Below are positions 49,701-57,017 of a stretch of DNA of 64,000 nt, piece by piece. The DNA lies in contig JAZKFH010000009.1 of NCBI GenBank assembly GCA_040386535.1, forward strand, positions 32,001 to 96,000, written 5' to 3'. The first letter of the stretch is position 1, and every line of letters begins with the position of its first letter. The notes below the pieces were generated by a model. The model saw nothing but the letters and a program-made list of their open reading frames with translations, was not told the origin of the DNA and did no database searches. A program made the translations under genes and the position numbers. Source of the stretch: Myxococcota bacterium. Lineage in GTDB: Bacteria > Myxococcota_A > UBA796 > SXON01.

Positions 49701-51702
49701 CTACGAGCAGAAGACCCGCCACAAGGGCGCGCCCGGCTACGTCAACAAGAAGAAGAAGGAGTCGCTCTCCCCGTACGCCGACAAGGAGGCGAACGGCACC
49801 GCCACCTTGAGCGACGACGTCGAGCAGAACGGTCTGCACTTCATCGACTTCAAGATGACGCCGGACATGGAGAAGCACGCGGGCGTCGCGATGAGCCAAC
49901 ACCTGATCGACCACTCCACCAAGAGCAAGGACGCGTCCGTCGTGGCGCTCGGCGGCAAGGCCGTGCAGCAGGAGAAGGGGACACGGGTCGACCCCTTCGC
50001 GGGGACCGGGGCCACTTCCTCGAACACCATGGTCCAGAAGCACGGGGCGGGCGCGGGACAGCAGTTCGATGCGCGCCTGAACCAGGAGCTGAACCTCGAT
50101 CACACGCGCCTCGACTCCGGAAAGCAGGCCTTTGACCTCGATACCGGCGCGCAGATGAAGAAGCGCGGCAACAAGGCCGGCCAGGACAAGGTCATCGCTA
50201 CGCTGGTCGAGAAGGCCGACAAGGACGGCAAGATCGTCAAGGAGTGGTCGCTCGACGCCGGCCTCGAGAAGAACGAGCGCGGCCACTACAAGAACAAGAT
50301 GGACAAGGCGACGAGCGACGCGAAGGCGACGATGAAGGGCGCGGGCGAATCGCAGGACGACTACAAGAAGCGCATGGAGGCGCGGGATCAGAAGGTCGCC
50401 GACCAGCAGCAGAAGGACCTCGACGCCGCCGCCGCCAACGGCAACCCCTTCGAGCCCGGCACCCCCGAGTTCAAGTCCTACAACAAGAAGGCGCGCGCCA
50501 CGGCGAAGACCAAGTCGGACTCCGCCGAGGTGAAGCCCGTGGCCCCGAACGGCGACACGTCGAAGGACCCGAAGAAGGAAGCACCCGCTCCCACCGTTCA
50601 GGCCAAGGCGCCGGAAGTCGCAGCGGCGGAGACCGAGGCAAAGGCCAAGGTGGTCAAGGCCTCGTCCAAGTCCACGCCGGATCCGGTGGCCGCCTCCGAC
50701 GCCGCGGTCGAGACCGCCAAGAAGAACGACGCGAAGAACCCGGCCGAGGAGGTGGAGAAGATCCTCTCCCCCGCCGCCAAGGTCAAGCCGCCCAAGGAGT
50801 CCAAGCCCCCGAAGGACTTCCCCGAGCCGGCGAACGACGTGGTGCAGGACACCACCGCCAAGACCACCACGACGACCACCGACACCACCAAGAAGGCCGC
50901 CGCAAACCCAGGGCTCCGCAAGGAGCACGAGGGCACCGGCGTCGAGTACACGGAGATGAAGGGAGAGGTGTTCGTGAAGGGTGAAGGCGACGAAGCCGAC
51001 ATCGATCCGAACGACGTGAAGCAGGGCTCGCTCGGCGACTGCTACCTGCTCGGCGGCATGGCTGCCGTGTCCCGCGCCAACCCTGAGCACATCCGCAAGC
51101 TCATCAAGGACAACGGCGACGGCACGTACGACGTGACGCTGTACATCAAGAACAACAGCTGGGACAGCAAGGGCGCGGCCAAGGTGGTGACGGTCGACGG
51201 CAAGTTCCCCAGTGGCGACAAGGGCCTCTCCGCGAAGTACGCAAAGGCCGGGGACAAGGGCGCCAAGGGCCCGGAGCTGTGGTGCATGCTCATCGAGAAG
51301 GCCTGGGCCGTGCACAAGGGGACGTACACCGGGATCGAGGGCGGCCACGTCAACGATGACGGCAAGTTCGCCGGCGCCATCGCGCTCCTGACCAACCTGA
51401 AGGAGGGGTACTACACGCCCTCCTCCATCGGGGACAAGCAGCTCGCGCAGATGATCTCCGACGCGCTCACCAAGAAGATGCCGGTGGCGTGTGACTCGAA
51501 GAACCTCGACAAGGAGGCGCCGGATCTGAAGGCGGCGGCGGATGCGGCCGGGGTCGTCGGCAACCACGCCTACGCGCCCAAATCGGTGGACCTCGCGGGG
51601 CTGACGATCGAGCTGCAGAACCCCTGGGGCAGCTCCCACGTGTCCGGGCTCAAGATCGCGGACTTCAAGCGGTTCTACCGCGGCCTCCGGATCGGGTCCT
51701 GA
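43720..51702 (+). CDS. Giant (2660 aa) polymorphic-toxin/eCIS-cargo-like protein with C-terminal calpain-type (C2) cysteine protease
   Basis: Gly-rich N-terminus, long helical core, SPFH-like insert and two unnamed globular domains. Ends with QGSLGDCYLL, LWCMLIEKAWA, NHAY, QNPWG (triad C2441/H2616/N2634). Strong codon bias throughout. Confidence 0.85.
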   Translation: MARTKQVARDRHLPQAVGQEAPEHAQGGNRRNGPSMPQADGGALTAGGARRMAGAAGNAFAADMVGGKGAARGGASKNGGIQVNGEVSVGTGGPQASAQISGGIQVGGLQIGGNLRVGTGGRGPAAPAMNGGGAGAPNGRPAAGGGNGAAAAQGGGGDDVVAVGGFQLNVATSGGTGGGTGGGGGAANGGGAANGGGTAGGGGAATNGGGTAGGGTGARGGRSGASATVGASATVGTATVGVSATVATSKTTGTTGAGSTARAGTGGSSGNAAGGSRAPRGGATGGKGGKGGGARAAGGGGGGGKAAPSAPVAVGNTESAQGAMNEFLGASPTKQAKMWSGVGGAVDTGIQKDGKAVQDAAPELHATMGGGGQEQDADKTKTEVKAGQGKIDDKKLSPDAPKVKVTPTVIPPAPKVDGGAAMKGMTAETPVAEKKKAAKSTIRAMSTNMDGIPTSAGEAPRVQLSGDADPAKAEANRTDAESQARKGGADLRAAVENGRGPDAVQPKVFDEASKIRDLAKAKADASKPVNGVEKFMQMGVPADVDAAIDENQQAVMDTALAEARGKMDEAVSTKDTDSKSEIEKANTEAETLRTQAETSQQSEVAKARGEISDARETTLSEQEKAVAKLETDAGSKQKQELDAVRARVTQDEAKIDNAYTKAETDVDKKISEGETKAEEKKKKAEEDADNQSWWDRVKSAVADAFKALTDAINAVLNWVRDAVKAILDGVKKLASDLIDAAAKWVTDKLKAFGDWLKSQVTALLGSVFPELAKKLNELIDSAVEYACEQVNQFADALKKGIAELCDKIAGALDAIIALYQSAVNFALALAEAALTGNWAKVGQMVLEGILKLAGIPPEEFYAMVGKGEDTIGKIADDPGGFLGNCLDAVGQGFGQFSDNFTDHLQTGFVSWMTGTMGEAGLTMPESFDLAGVFDIATQVMGLTKDNLREKAVDRIGEENVERVEFVWGFIDSALQGGMSGLWDHVKDSLGSLKDEVMGAIQDFLMEKIVKSAVMKIASMFSPVGAIVQAILTAWNLYEFLRDQIQRILGVVSAVINSVSDIANGNIGGAADMIENALGNLVPVAIDLLAKLLGIGGIGAKVKEVIGGIRAKVDGAIDKMIDKVIGLFSGKGKKGKDGEADQATDPAAADDKAAGEKKDGGVANGTFAFETPKLVGRDATLGAVTYTVTGSGRVKNDKGELAESNITSAKSEAMQSVTSAVGKAVNATGVTSIAGQLGALSDTAKLSASKGVANSGLSLEALSITGIVLPPDVQKAIDAKGAQSVGVDEPMTFTAAGETHKLWVDGAGTPMVASTPMTVKDRVEGWRGVLRTKSDAEKKAAGSAIGRAIAIERQVAKVAGEVTAGTKKKEDLDAKKAELTPALAELFSVLPEEITSQPKEIDPLLASALGDHPDSAKVAEYLKPGLTGKTADEIATYFKGSPEAIRADGRKKWKAAVGPQPFVHAMVDVFGDAQGKQKLTQVDNYEGRSDAAGLGGTFYAALADAASDGKARNMLYPNPMQAAAKPLALKGKEVAVSGSLTRAHPLSGWWTHTLADDYKTPYLAAEGNDQKRAESKWKDDCVHARQPEMVGRLKGDIRSGTGVTWWTSDGTGIGIVNNLAASEAGFAKICRVAALKPDWYPEGFMEIDVPTAGSKFTKPTPYDGMMSDLWVQCENDYYGVTGGGAMEVVAGNVSASKVSAVRPRAISSDYAAANKDIGAKQQVQGTESGTVQDQSISGVKPDGVDTSNPTNQGALDLRTDVFSDTAKMQKQSELQNGNISLKSKYAVGAAPAGWRGQVVKSVASATVNPDDPGHTYHILEDGSVVSESTPMLVDAGTADKTRKRNGFTPKTKKKTPEEDLRDSGKLSSEEVDAMKGALKKNPASQEVLQPDGSKKPQAKLETADKHGTKITSNDENADGTKREPMSDKEKDALLKCHAVLAEKNKAGADMRKVIPNFSLGKQLSGQNPGLRGSVGVAQNTDGLNAEESCATLGLDYEQKTRHKGAPGYVNKKKKESLSPYADKEANGTATLSDDVEQNGLHFIDFKMTPDMEKHAGVAMSQHLIDHSTKSKDASVVALGGKAVQQEKGTRVDPFAGTGATSSNTMVQKHGAGAGQQFDARLNQELNLDHTRLDSGKQAFDLDTGAQMKKRGNKAGQDKVIATLVEKADKDGKIVKEWSLDAGLEKNERGHYKNKMDKATSDAKATMKGAGESQDDYKKRMEARDQKVADQQQKDLDAAAANGNPFEPGTPEFKSYNKKARATAKTKSDSAEVKPVAPNGDTSKDPKKEAPAPTVQAKAPEVAAAETEAKAKVVKASSKSTPDPVAASDAAVETAKKNDAKNPAEEVEKILSPAAKVKPPKESKPPKDFPEPANDVVQDTTAKTTTTTTDTTKKAAANPGLRKEHEGTGVEYTEMKGEVFVKGEGDEADIDPNDVKQGSLGDCYLLGGMAAVSRANPEHIRKLIKDNGDGTYDVTLYIKNNSWDSKGAAKVVTVDGKFPSGDKGLSAKYAKAGDKGAKGPELWCMLIEKAWAVHKGTYTGIEGGHVNDDGKFAGAIALLTNLKEGYYTPSSIGDKQLAQMISDALTKKMPVACDSKNLDKEAPDLKAAADAAGVVGNHAYAPKSVDLAGLTIELQNPWGSSHVSGLKIADFKRFYRGLRIGS

Positions 51703-52034
51703 TGGCATTCTTCCACCCCGCCACCGAACGTGATCTGAAGCGCTTCCGCGAGTTCGAGGACTCGCTGGAGTTCATCGACGAGCGGCTGACGGATCGTTCC
51801 GATGTGATCTTCAACTGGACCCAGTTCCCGGCCGAGCCCTGCGCGGGAGGCAAGCGCGTGCTCCTCGTCGAGCGGTCGAGCCACGCGCTGGCCTGGGTGG
51901 TGGGGGACGGAGAGCGGTTCGGCAAGGTCGTGGCGGTGGAGGACGGCGATGTCGCCGACATCGTCCGCCGCTACGGATTTCACACCCCCGAGGAGCCGGT
52001 CCCCTGCGATCCACGGGGAACGCCGCCGCGATAG
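51702..52034 (+). CDS. Small acidic hypothetical protein; candidate immunity protein or inhibitor
   Basis: 110 aa, TGATG-coupled to the giant ORF, normal codon bias. Confidence 0.7.
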   Translation: MAFFHPATERDLKRFREFEDSLEFIDERLTDRSDVIFNWTQFPAEPCAGGKRVLLVERSSHALAWVVGDGERFGKVVAVEDGDVADIVRRYGFHTPEEPVPCDPRGTPPR

Positions 52035-52073
52035 TACGGAGCAGCCGGATCTCCTCCGGCGCGGGAGCGCTTC

Positions 52074-52790
52074 GTGAGCAAGTCAGGATATCCCTTCGTG
52101 TTCCGGGACTGGACGGTGCCGGGCCCCGACGCGGTGCACGAGCGCTTCTTCGACGATCTGGCCGCGGGCCGCGGATGGTACCCGCCGGATCCCTCGCCGA
52201 TCGTGTGGCTCTCGGACCTCGCGAACGAGCAGCCCGCCGCGCTCCCGGTGGCCGAGCAGATTGTGGGCGAGCTTCTCGACGCCCCCAACGAGGCCCACGT
52301 GCTCGAGGGCATCATGGGCGTCGAGGGGATCCCGTCGGTGCCGGCGCAGGTGAGCCTGGCGCGCAAGGTCGCCGCGGGGTGGAACCCCGGCAACGAAGCG
52401 ATCCGCGCGGCCGTCTCGAAGCTCCTGCTGCTGAAGCGGTGGATGGGGAACGAGCCCGCCCTCGTCGCACGCGTGGCCAAGGCTGCCGACGGCGCGGGCC
52501 TGGCGGACCTCGCCGCGCGCCTGCGCTTCGTGCACGATCCCGACGATGCGGCCGTCTGGTCCGCCTACGCCGCGTTGGCGGGCAAAGGCGAGATCCCCGC
52601 TTCGGCGATCGGCGCCGACGCCGCGTGGACCCTCGCGACCCACCCGGCCCTCACGCCCCGCCATTGCGCGCTCGCCCATGGGTTTCCCGTGGCGGAGCGC
52701 CGCGCCATGTTGGCGAGCCTCGGCGTCGTCGCACGGGGCCGCGGCGTCACCGAAGACCAGCTGCGCACCTGGCTCGCGCTCACACCCTAG
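52074..52790 (+). CDS. Hypothetical alpha-helical protein; candidate second immunity protein
   Basis: 238 aa, GGAG RBS, co-oriented 39 nt after the previous gene. Confidence 0.7.
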   Translation: MSKSGYPFVFRDWTVPGPDAVHERFFDDLAAGRGWYPPDPSPIVWLSDLANEQPAALPVAEQIVGELLDAPNEAHVLEGIMGVEGIPSVPAQVSLARKVAAGWNPGNEAIRAAVSKLLLLKRWMGNEPALVARVAKAADGAGLADLAARLRFVHDPDDAAVWSAYAALAGKGEIPASAIGADAAWTLATHPALTPRHCALAHGFPVAERRAMLASLGVVARGRGVTEDQLRTWLALTP

Positions 52791-52955
52791 GGGCGAAGAA
52801 GGAGCCGCGCCAACCGCCTCGACGGGACGCCCCCGCCCAGCCGGTTCATCACGCGATCGGAGGGCCCGTTCGGAGGCACGGGGCCGCACTCGGCGAGGGG
52901 AGGGGACCCCGCGACGGCTCCCATCGGGCGCCACTCGGAGTAGGCTCTCGGGCGC

Positions 52956-53900
52956 ATGGCTGTCGAGCTCGTCACCGTCGGGACCGTGGAGGGGGTGGAG
53001 GTCCACCGTGCGCCCGTGGGCGGCGTGGTGTGGGACCGTGGGATGCTCCACCACCTCGCCGGCGCCGAGGTCGATTGGCAGATGCCCGTCGAGGAGGCCC
53101 CGCCCCTCGCGCTCGCCGGGCGCCGCCTGTACGCGGGCCTCGGCGACTGGCTGGTCTGCCTCGACGTGCGTACGGGGGCCGAGGTCTGGGCCGAGGATTG
53201 CGGCGCGCCGGTGACCGCGCTGGACGCCCATCCGGACGGCGTGGACGTGCTCGCCGGCGAGCAGGCGCTCCTCTTCGACCCGCGGGGCGCCCAGGGGGCG
53301 GCGGCGGCGGTGGGGCGTGTCGGGAGCCTGCTGCGTCGGGTCGGGGCGCTGCGGTACGTGGGCGCCGAAGGGGGCATCTGGCGGCTCGCCCCGGGGGAGA
53401 GGCCGGCGCTGCTCTTCGCGTGTACGTGCGACGCGCTGCACGTGCGGGACGGCGCGCTCCAGGCCCTCGTGCAGGGGCCGAACGGCACGGTGCTGGTGGA
53501 GGACGATGGCATGCCGATGGTGTGGCCGTTCGTCGAGGCGGGGGCGCATCACACTGCGCCCTGGGGCCGTACAGACTGGGCGGTCACGCCGCGCGGGGGC
53601 GTCAACGGGCTCTGGGTGGTCGACCGCCGGGTACAGACGCGCTGGCAGGTGCCGCTGCCAGGAAAGACGCGAGCGCTGGCGGTCGTGGGGAGCGCCATCG
53701 CGGTGGCCCTGGACGACGGAGGCCCCGCGCTCGCACTGATACATCGGGATGTATCAAAACCGTTGCTGCTCGCGCTCGGCAGCGCGCTCGACGGTGCCCC
53801 CTCGGGGACCGCGCCGCTGGGTCTCCATGCCGATGGGCCGCTGCTTTACTTGACACACGAGGGGCGCACCGTGATCTTGCACGTTCGGGAAACCGTCTGA
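52956..53900 (+). CDS. Hypothetical beta-propeller (PQQ-like repeat) protein
   Basis: Repeated LYAG...LVCLDVRTGAEVW-type blades. Confidence 0.7.
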   Translation: MAVELVTVGTVEGVEVHRAPVGGVVWDRGMLHHLAGAEVDWQMPVEEAPPLALAGRRLYAGLGDWLVCLDVRTGAEVWAEDCGAPVTALDAHPDGVDVLAGEQALLFDPRGAQGAAAAVGRVGSLLRRVGALRYVGAEGGIWRLAPGERPALLFACTCDALHVRDGALQALVQGPNGTVLVEDDGMPMVWPFVEAGAHHTAPWGRTDWAVTPRGGVNGLWVVDRRVQTRWQVPLPGKTRALAVVGSAIAVALDDGGPALALIHRDVSKPLLLALGSALDGAPSGTAPLGLHADGPLLYLTHEGRTVILHVRETV

Positions 53901-54604
53901 TGTTGACGCTGGACCAACACTTCGCCTCCGGGTACCTGCCCGCCCTCATCGGCGCCTACTTCAACCTGGCCCAGCTCTTGAGCCAGAACGCCAACTCCTC
54001 GGTCCCCGAGGTGCGCACCGCCGTGGTGGAGGAGGTGCCGCGCCTCCGCCAGACCGGCGAGTTCATCAAGGACAAGGTGCGCCTCGTGCAAGCGCTCGCC
54101 GAGATCGTCGGGTTCACGGCGCCGCCGCCCCCGCGTGTGCCCGAGGAGTACTACCCGTGGTTCGAGGAGGTCCACGGCGGCTTCCGCACCGCGCTGGTGA
54201 CCCATCACCGGGGGGAGGTGACCCAGCTGTTCGGGCACCGCATCGGCGACATCCTTTGCTCGTGGAACGTGCTGCTGCTCACGCTCCGGTTGCTCGTGGC
54301 GGACCCGGGTTCACCCGTGCTCGAACAGCAGCTCGGCTCGCTCGTCGACGATCTTCGCAACGCCGCCGACGCGCTGCGCATCACCACCCGGCACCCCAAC
54401 CTGCCGCCCTCCCTGTTTCCGCTGGGCGAGCTGGTCATCCACGCGGTCGACGAGCTGCTCGGCCTCCCCCTGACGGACGCGGGCTCCGGGGAGCTGACGA
54501 TCGCCGGCCAGCGGCTGAACGAGCGGATGCGTGAGCTGTCGGTGGCCGTGGCGCACGCCGAGGAAGCGCTCAAGGAGACCGGCGGCGGCATTCCGGACGC
54601 GTGA
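53900..54604 (+). CDS. Hypothetical alpha-helical protein (234 aa)
   Basis: TGATG coupling to the upstream gene and typical codon bias (MLTLDQHFASG...). Confidence 0.8.
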   Translation: MLTLDQHFASGYLPALIGAYFNLAQLLSQNANSSVPEVRTAVVEEVPRLRQTGEFIKDKVRLVQALAEIVGFTAPPPPRVPEEYYPWFEEVHGGFRTALVTHHRGEVTQLFGHRIGDILCSWNVLLLTLRLLVADPGSPVLEQQLGSLVDDLRNAADALRITTRHPNLPPSLFPLGELVIHAVDELLGLPLTDAGSGELTIAGQRLNERMRELSVAVAHAEEALKETGGGIPDA

Positions 54605-54651
54605 TCTGAACCATCGATACATCGGCGCGGATGTATCATTCCTCGAAAGTA

Positions 54652-55572
54652 TCAGTCCCGGATCCGCATCGCCTCCGCGGCCGCGCCGAGGAGCCCAAGG
54701 CCGGGGTGCGTCACGACGTAGACCGGCACGTGCTGGATGGCGGCGCCGAGCTTGCCCTTGCCAGAGAAGCGCGCGCGAAACGTCCCCGCCAGGAGGGTGT
54801 CGATCATGCGCGGGGCGATGCCGCCGCAGAGGTACACGCCGCCGCGCGCCAACACGCGGAGCGCGAGGTTGCCGGCCTCCGCGCCGTACAGCGCGCAGAA
54901 CCACGCGACGATCTCGGGGTCCTCGGCGGCCACCCGCGCGGGGGCGTCGGGGCCGTCCAGCCAGGCGGGGGGTGGCTCCCCGCGGTCGACACTCGCGAAA
55001 CGTGCGAGGTTCACCAGCCCGGGGCCCGAGAGCACGTCCTCCCAGGAGGCGCGCCCGTTGCGCCCGAAGAGCCAGGCGGCGAGCCGCAGCTCTCGCGCGT
55101 CTCCGGGGCCGAAGTCCGCGTGGCCTCCCTCCCCGGGCACCACCTCGTCTCCCACCACGAACGCCTCGCCCAGGCCTGTCCCCGCGCCGATCACCGCGCG
55201 CGGCGCGCCCAGCACGGGGTCGCCCCCGAAGAGCTGGACCGTGTCCGACGGGCCGAGCAGCGTGATCCCGCGGGCGGCCGCGTGGAAATCGTTGATGATG
55301 CGCACCGGACAGCCCAGCAGGGCGGCGAGCGCCACGCCGTCGACGAGCCACGGGATGTTCGTGGTGCGGCACCGCTGGTCCATCACCGGTCCGGCGACGG
55401 CGAAACAGGCGCGGTCGGGCCGGACTCCGGTGCTCGCCTGCCAGGCGGTCAACGGCGCTTCGAGCCCCGGCCACTCCGCGCTCGCGAACGTCTGCTCGTG
55501 CTGGAGCGCGCCGCCCTCCCACAAGGCGAGCCGCGTGTTCGTGCCCCCGATGTCCCCACAAAGGATCCGCAT
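54652..55572 (-). CDS. glk: Glucokinase (Glk family)
   Basis: GDIGGTNTR, AVAGPV, INDF, GAGTGLG, EGGH, GGVYLCGGI and F.GKG. Confidence 0.95.
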   Translation of the reverse strand: MRILCGDIGGTNTRLALWEGGALQHEQTFASAEWPGLEAPLTAWQASTGVRPDRACFAVAGPVMDQRCRTTNIPWLVDGVALAALLGCPVRIINDFHAAARGITLLGPSDTVQLFGGDPVLGAPRAVIGAGTGLGEAFVVGDEVVPGEGGHADFGPGDARELRLAAWLFGRNGRASWEDVLSGPGLVNLARFASVDRGEPPPAWLDGPDAPARVAAEDPEIVAWFCALYGAEAGNLALRVLARGGVYLCGGIAPRMIDTLLAGTFRARFSGKGKLGAAIQHVPVYVVTHPGLGLLGAAAEAMRIRD

Positions 55573-55715
55573 CCAAGGGAGATACCGCGTGGCGCGGCGG
55601 CGGCAAGCCCGGAGCCCACCCCAATCCAGGATTGGTCAACGATTTCGTGCCGAGGGTGTGTCGGTGTGGCCCGAGGTCTGGAGGCGGGTCGCCCCGGGGT
55701 GATACCCGTCCAGAC

Positions 55716-57017
55716 GTGATCCTCTCCCTCGCCGTGTCCCTCTCGCTCGCATCGACCGGGCCCTCGTCGGCGCCAGGGGCCCTACTCGGCGCCCGCGAGG
55801 AGACCCTCTCGAACGGCCTCCGCGTGGTGGTCCACCCGTGGCCCGACGCGCCCGTCGTGGCCATCCGGCTCTTGTTGCCCGTGGGGGCGGCCGCGGATCC
55901 TCCGGGGCGGAGCGGCCTCGCGCACCTCGTCGAGCACCTCTCCTTCGAGGGCTCGGCAAACGTCCCCGGCAACGGCTACGATCGGCAGCTCGCCGCCGTC
56001 GGCGCTACCAACGACGCGTCGACCGGCCACGACGCGATGGTCTTCGCGGTGACCCTGCCGCCCGGCGCGCTGCCCCTCGCCTTGTTCCTGGAGGGGGACC
56101 GCCTGGGGTGGCTCACTCCTACCGGGCTCGCCCTGCTCAACCAGCAGGCCGTCGTCGCCAACGAGCGGGCCGAGTCGGCGCGGGGGGACCAGGTACGGCG
56201 GGCCCTGGCCCCCTTGTTGTGGCCCGCGGGCCATCCGTACGCGCGGCCCGTCCTGGGGCACCCCGCGGAGCTCGCGAGCGTGACCCTCGCGGACGTGGAC
56301 ACCTTCGTGGCGCGCGCCTTCCGGCCGCGGGGGGCCACGCTCGTGATCGTGGGCCCCGTGGACGTGGAGGCGACCCTCGCCGACACGCGCCGATGGTTCG
56401 GAGAGATCGCCGAAGCGCCTGCCGCCGTCTCGCCCGCACCTCCGAACACTCCTCCAGTCGCGCCGATCCGCGCCTGGGTGCCCGGCGACGTGGACCGGGT
56501 CCGCCTGCGCCTCGGATGGAGGACGTTCGACCGCACACATCCCGATCGCGTAGCGCTGGAGCTGGCGGGCGCCCTGCTCGAGGACTTGTTGCGGGCGGAC
56601 GGGGTGGGAGTGAACGTCTGGGCGGGACGCCTGGGCGGGGAGGTCACGGTCGCGGCGGACGTCGAGCGCGCCGGTGGAGTGCTTCGGCGGGTAGAGGCGG
56701 CCGTGTCTCGCATGGCGCACGCCGGCCCCGCGGAGGGCGCGCTCGAACGGATCCGCGCGATGGCTCGGGCATGGGAGCTCCGATCGCTCCAGACAGCCGA
56801 AGGGCGTGCCACCGCCCTGCTGGAGTGTGTCGACCGCACGGGGGCGGCCGATTGCCTGCCCGCGGAGTGGGCGGCGCGCGCGGCCGTGGACGGGGAGACG
56901 ATCCGGCGGGTCGTCAGGCACTGGCTCGCCCCGGAGGCTCGTGTCGTGTTGGCGCTCGCGCCCTCGTCGCGCCGCCGCGCGCCCCTGCCGCGGATGACGC
57001 TGATGGACACGCCGTGA
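55716..57017 (+). CDS. M16 family zinc peptidase, catalytic subunit
   Basis: TLSNGLRVVV, GLAHLVEH (HxxEH), VANER and HPY. GTG start inferred. Confidence 0.9.
   Translation: MILSLAVSLSLASTGPSSAPGALLGAREETLSNGLRVVVHPWPDAPVVAIRLLLPVGAAADPPGRSGLAHLVEHLSFEGSANVPGNGYDRQLAAVGATNDASTGHDAMVFAVTLPPGALPLALFLEGDRLGWLTPTGLALLNQQAVVANERAESARGDQVRRALAPLLWPAGHPYARPVLGHPAELASVTLADVDTFVARAFRPRGATLVIVGPVDVEATLADTRRWFGEIAEAPAAVSPAPPNTPPVAPIRAWVPGDVDRVRLRLGWRTFDRTHPDRVALELAGALLEDLLRADGVGVNVWAGRLGGEVTVAADVERAGGVLRRVEAAVSRMAHAGPAEGALERIRAMARAWELRSLQTAEGRATALLECVDRTGAADCLPAEWAARAAVDGETIRRVVRHWLAPEARVVLALAPSSRRRAPLPRMTLMDTP

Noticed and set aside
42568..51708. Very long minus-strand ORFs (1846 aa and 1125 aa) opposite the giant gene, and similar ones opposite groEL, the kinase, lnt and the flotillins
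   Set aside because: Antisense shadows caused by high GC3 codon bias. They have no recognisable motifs and lie opposite well-supported genes.
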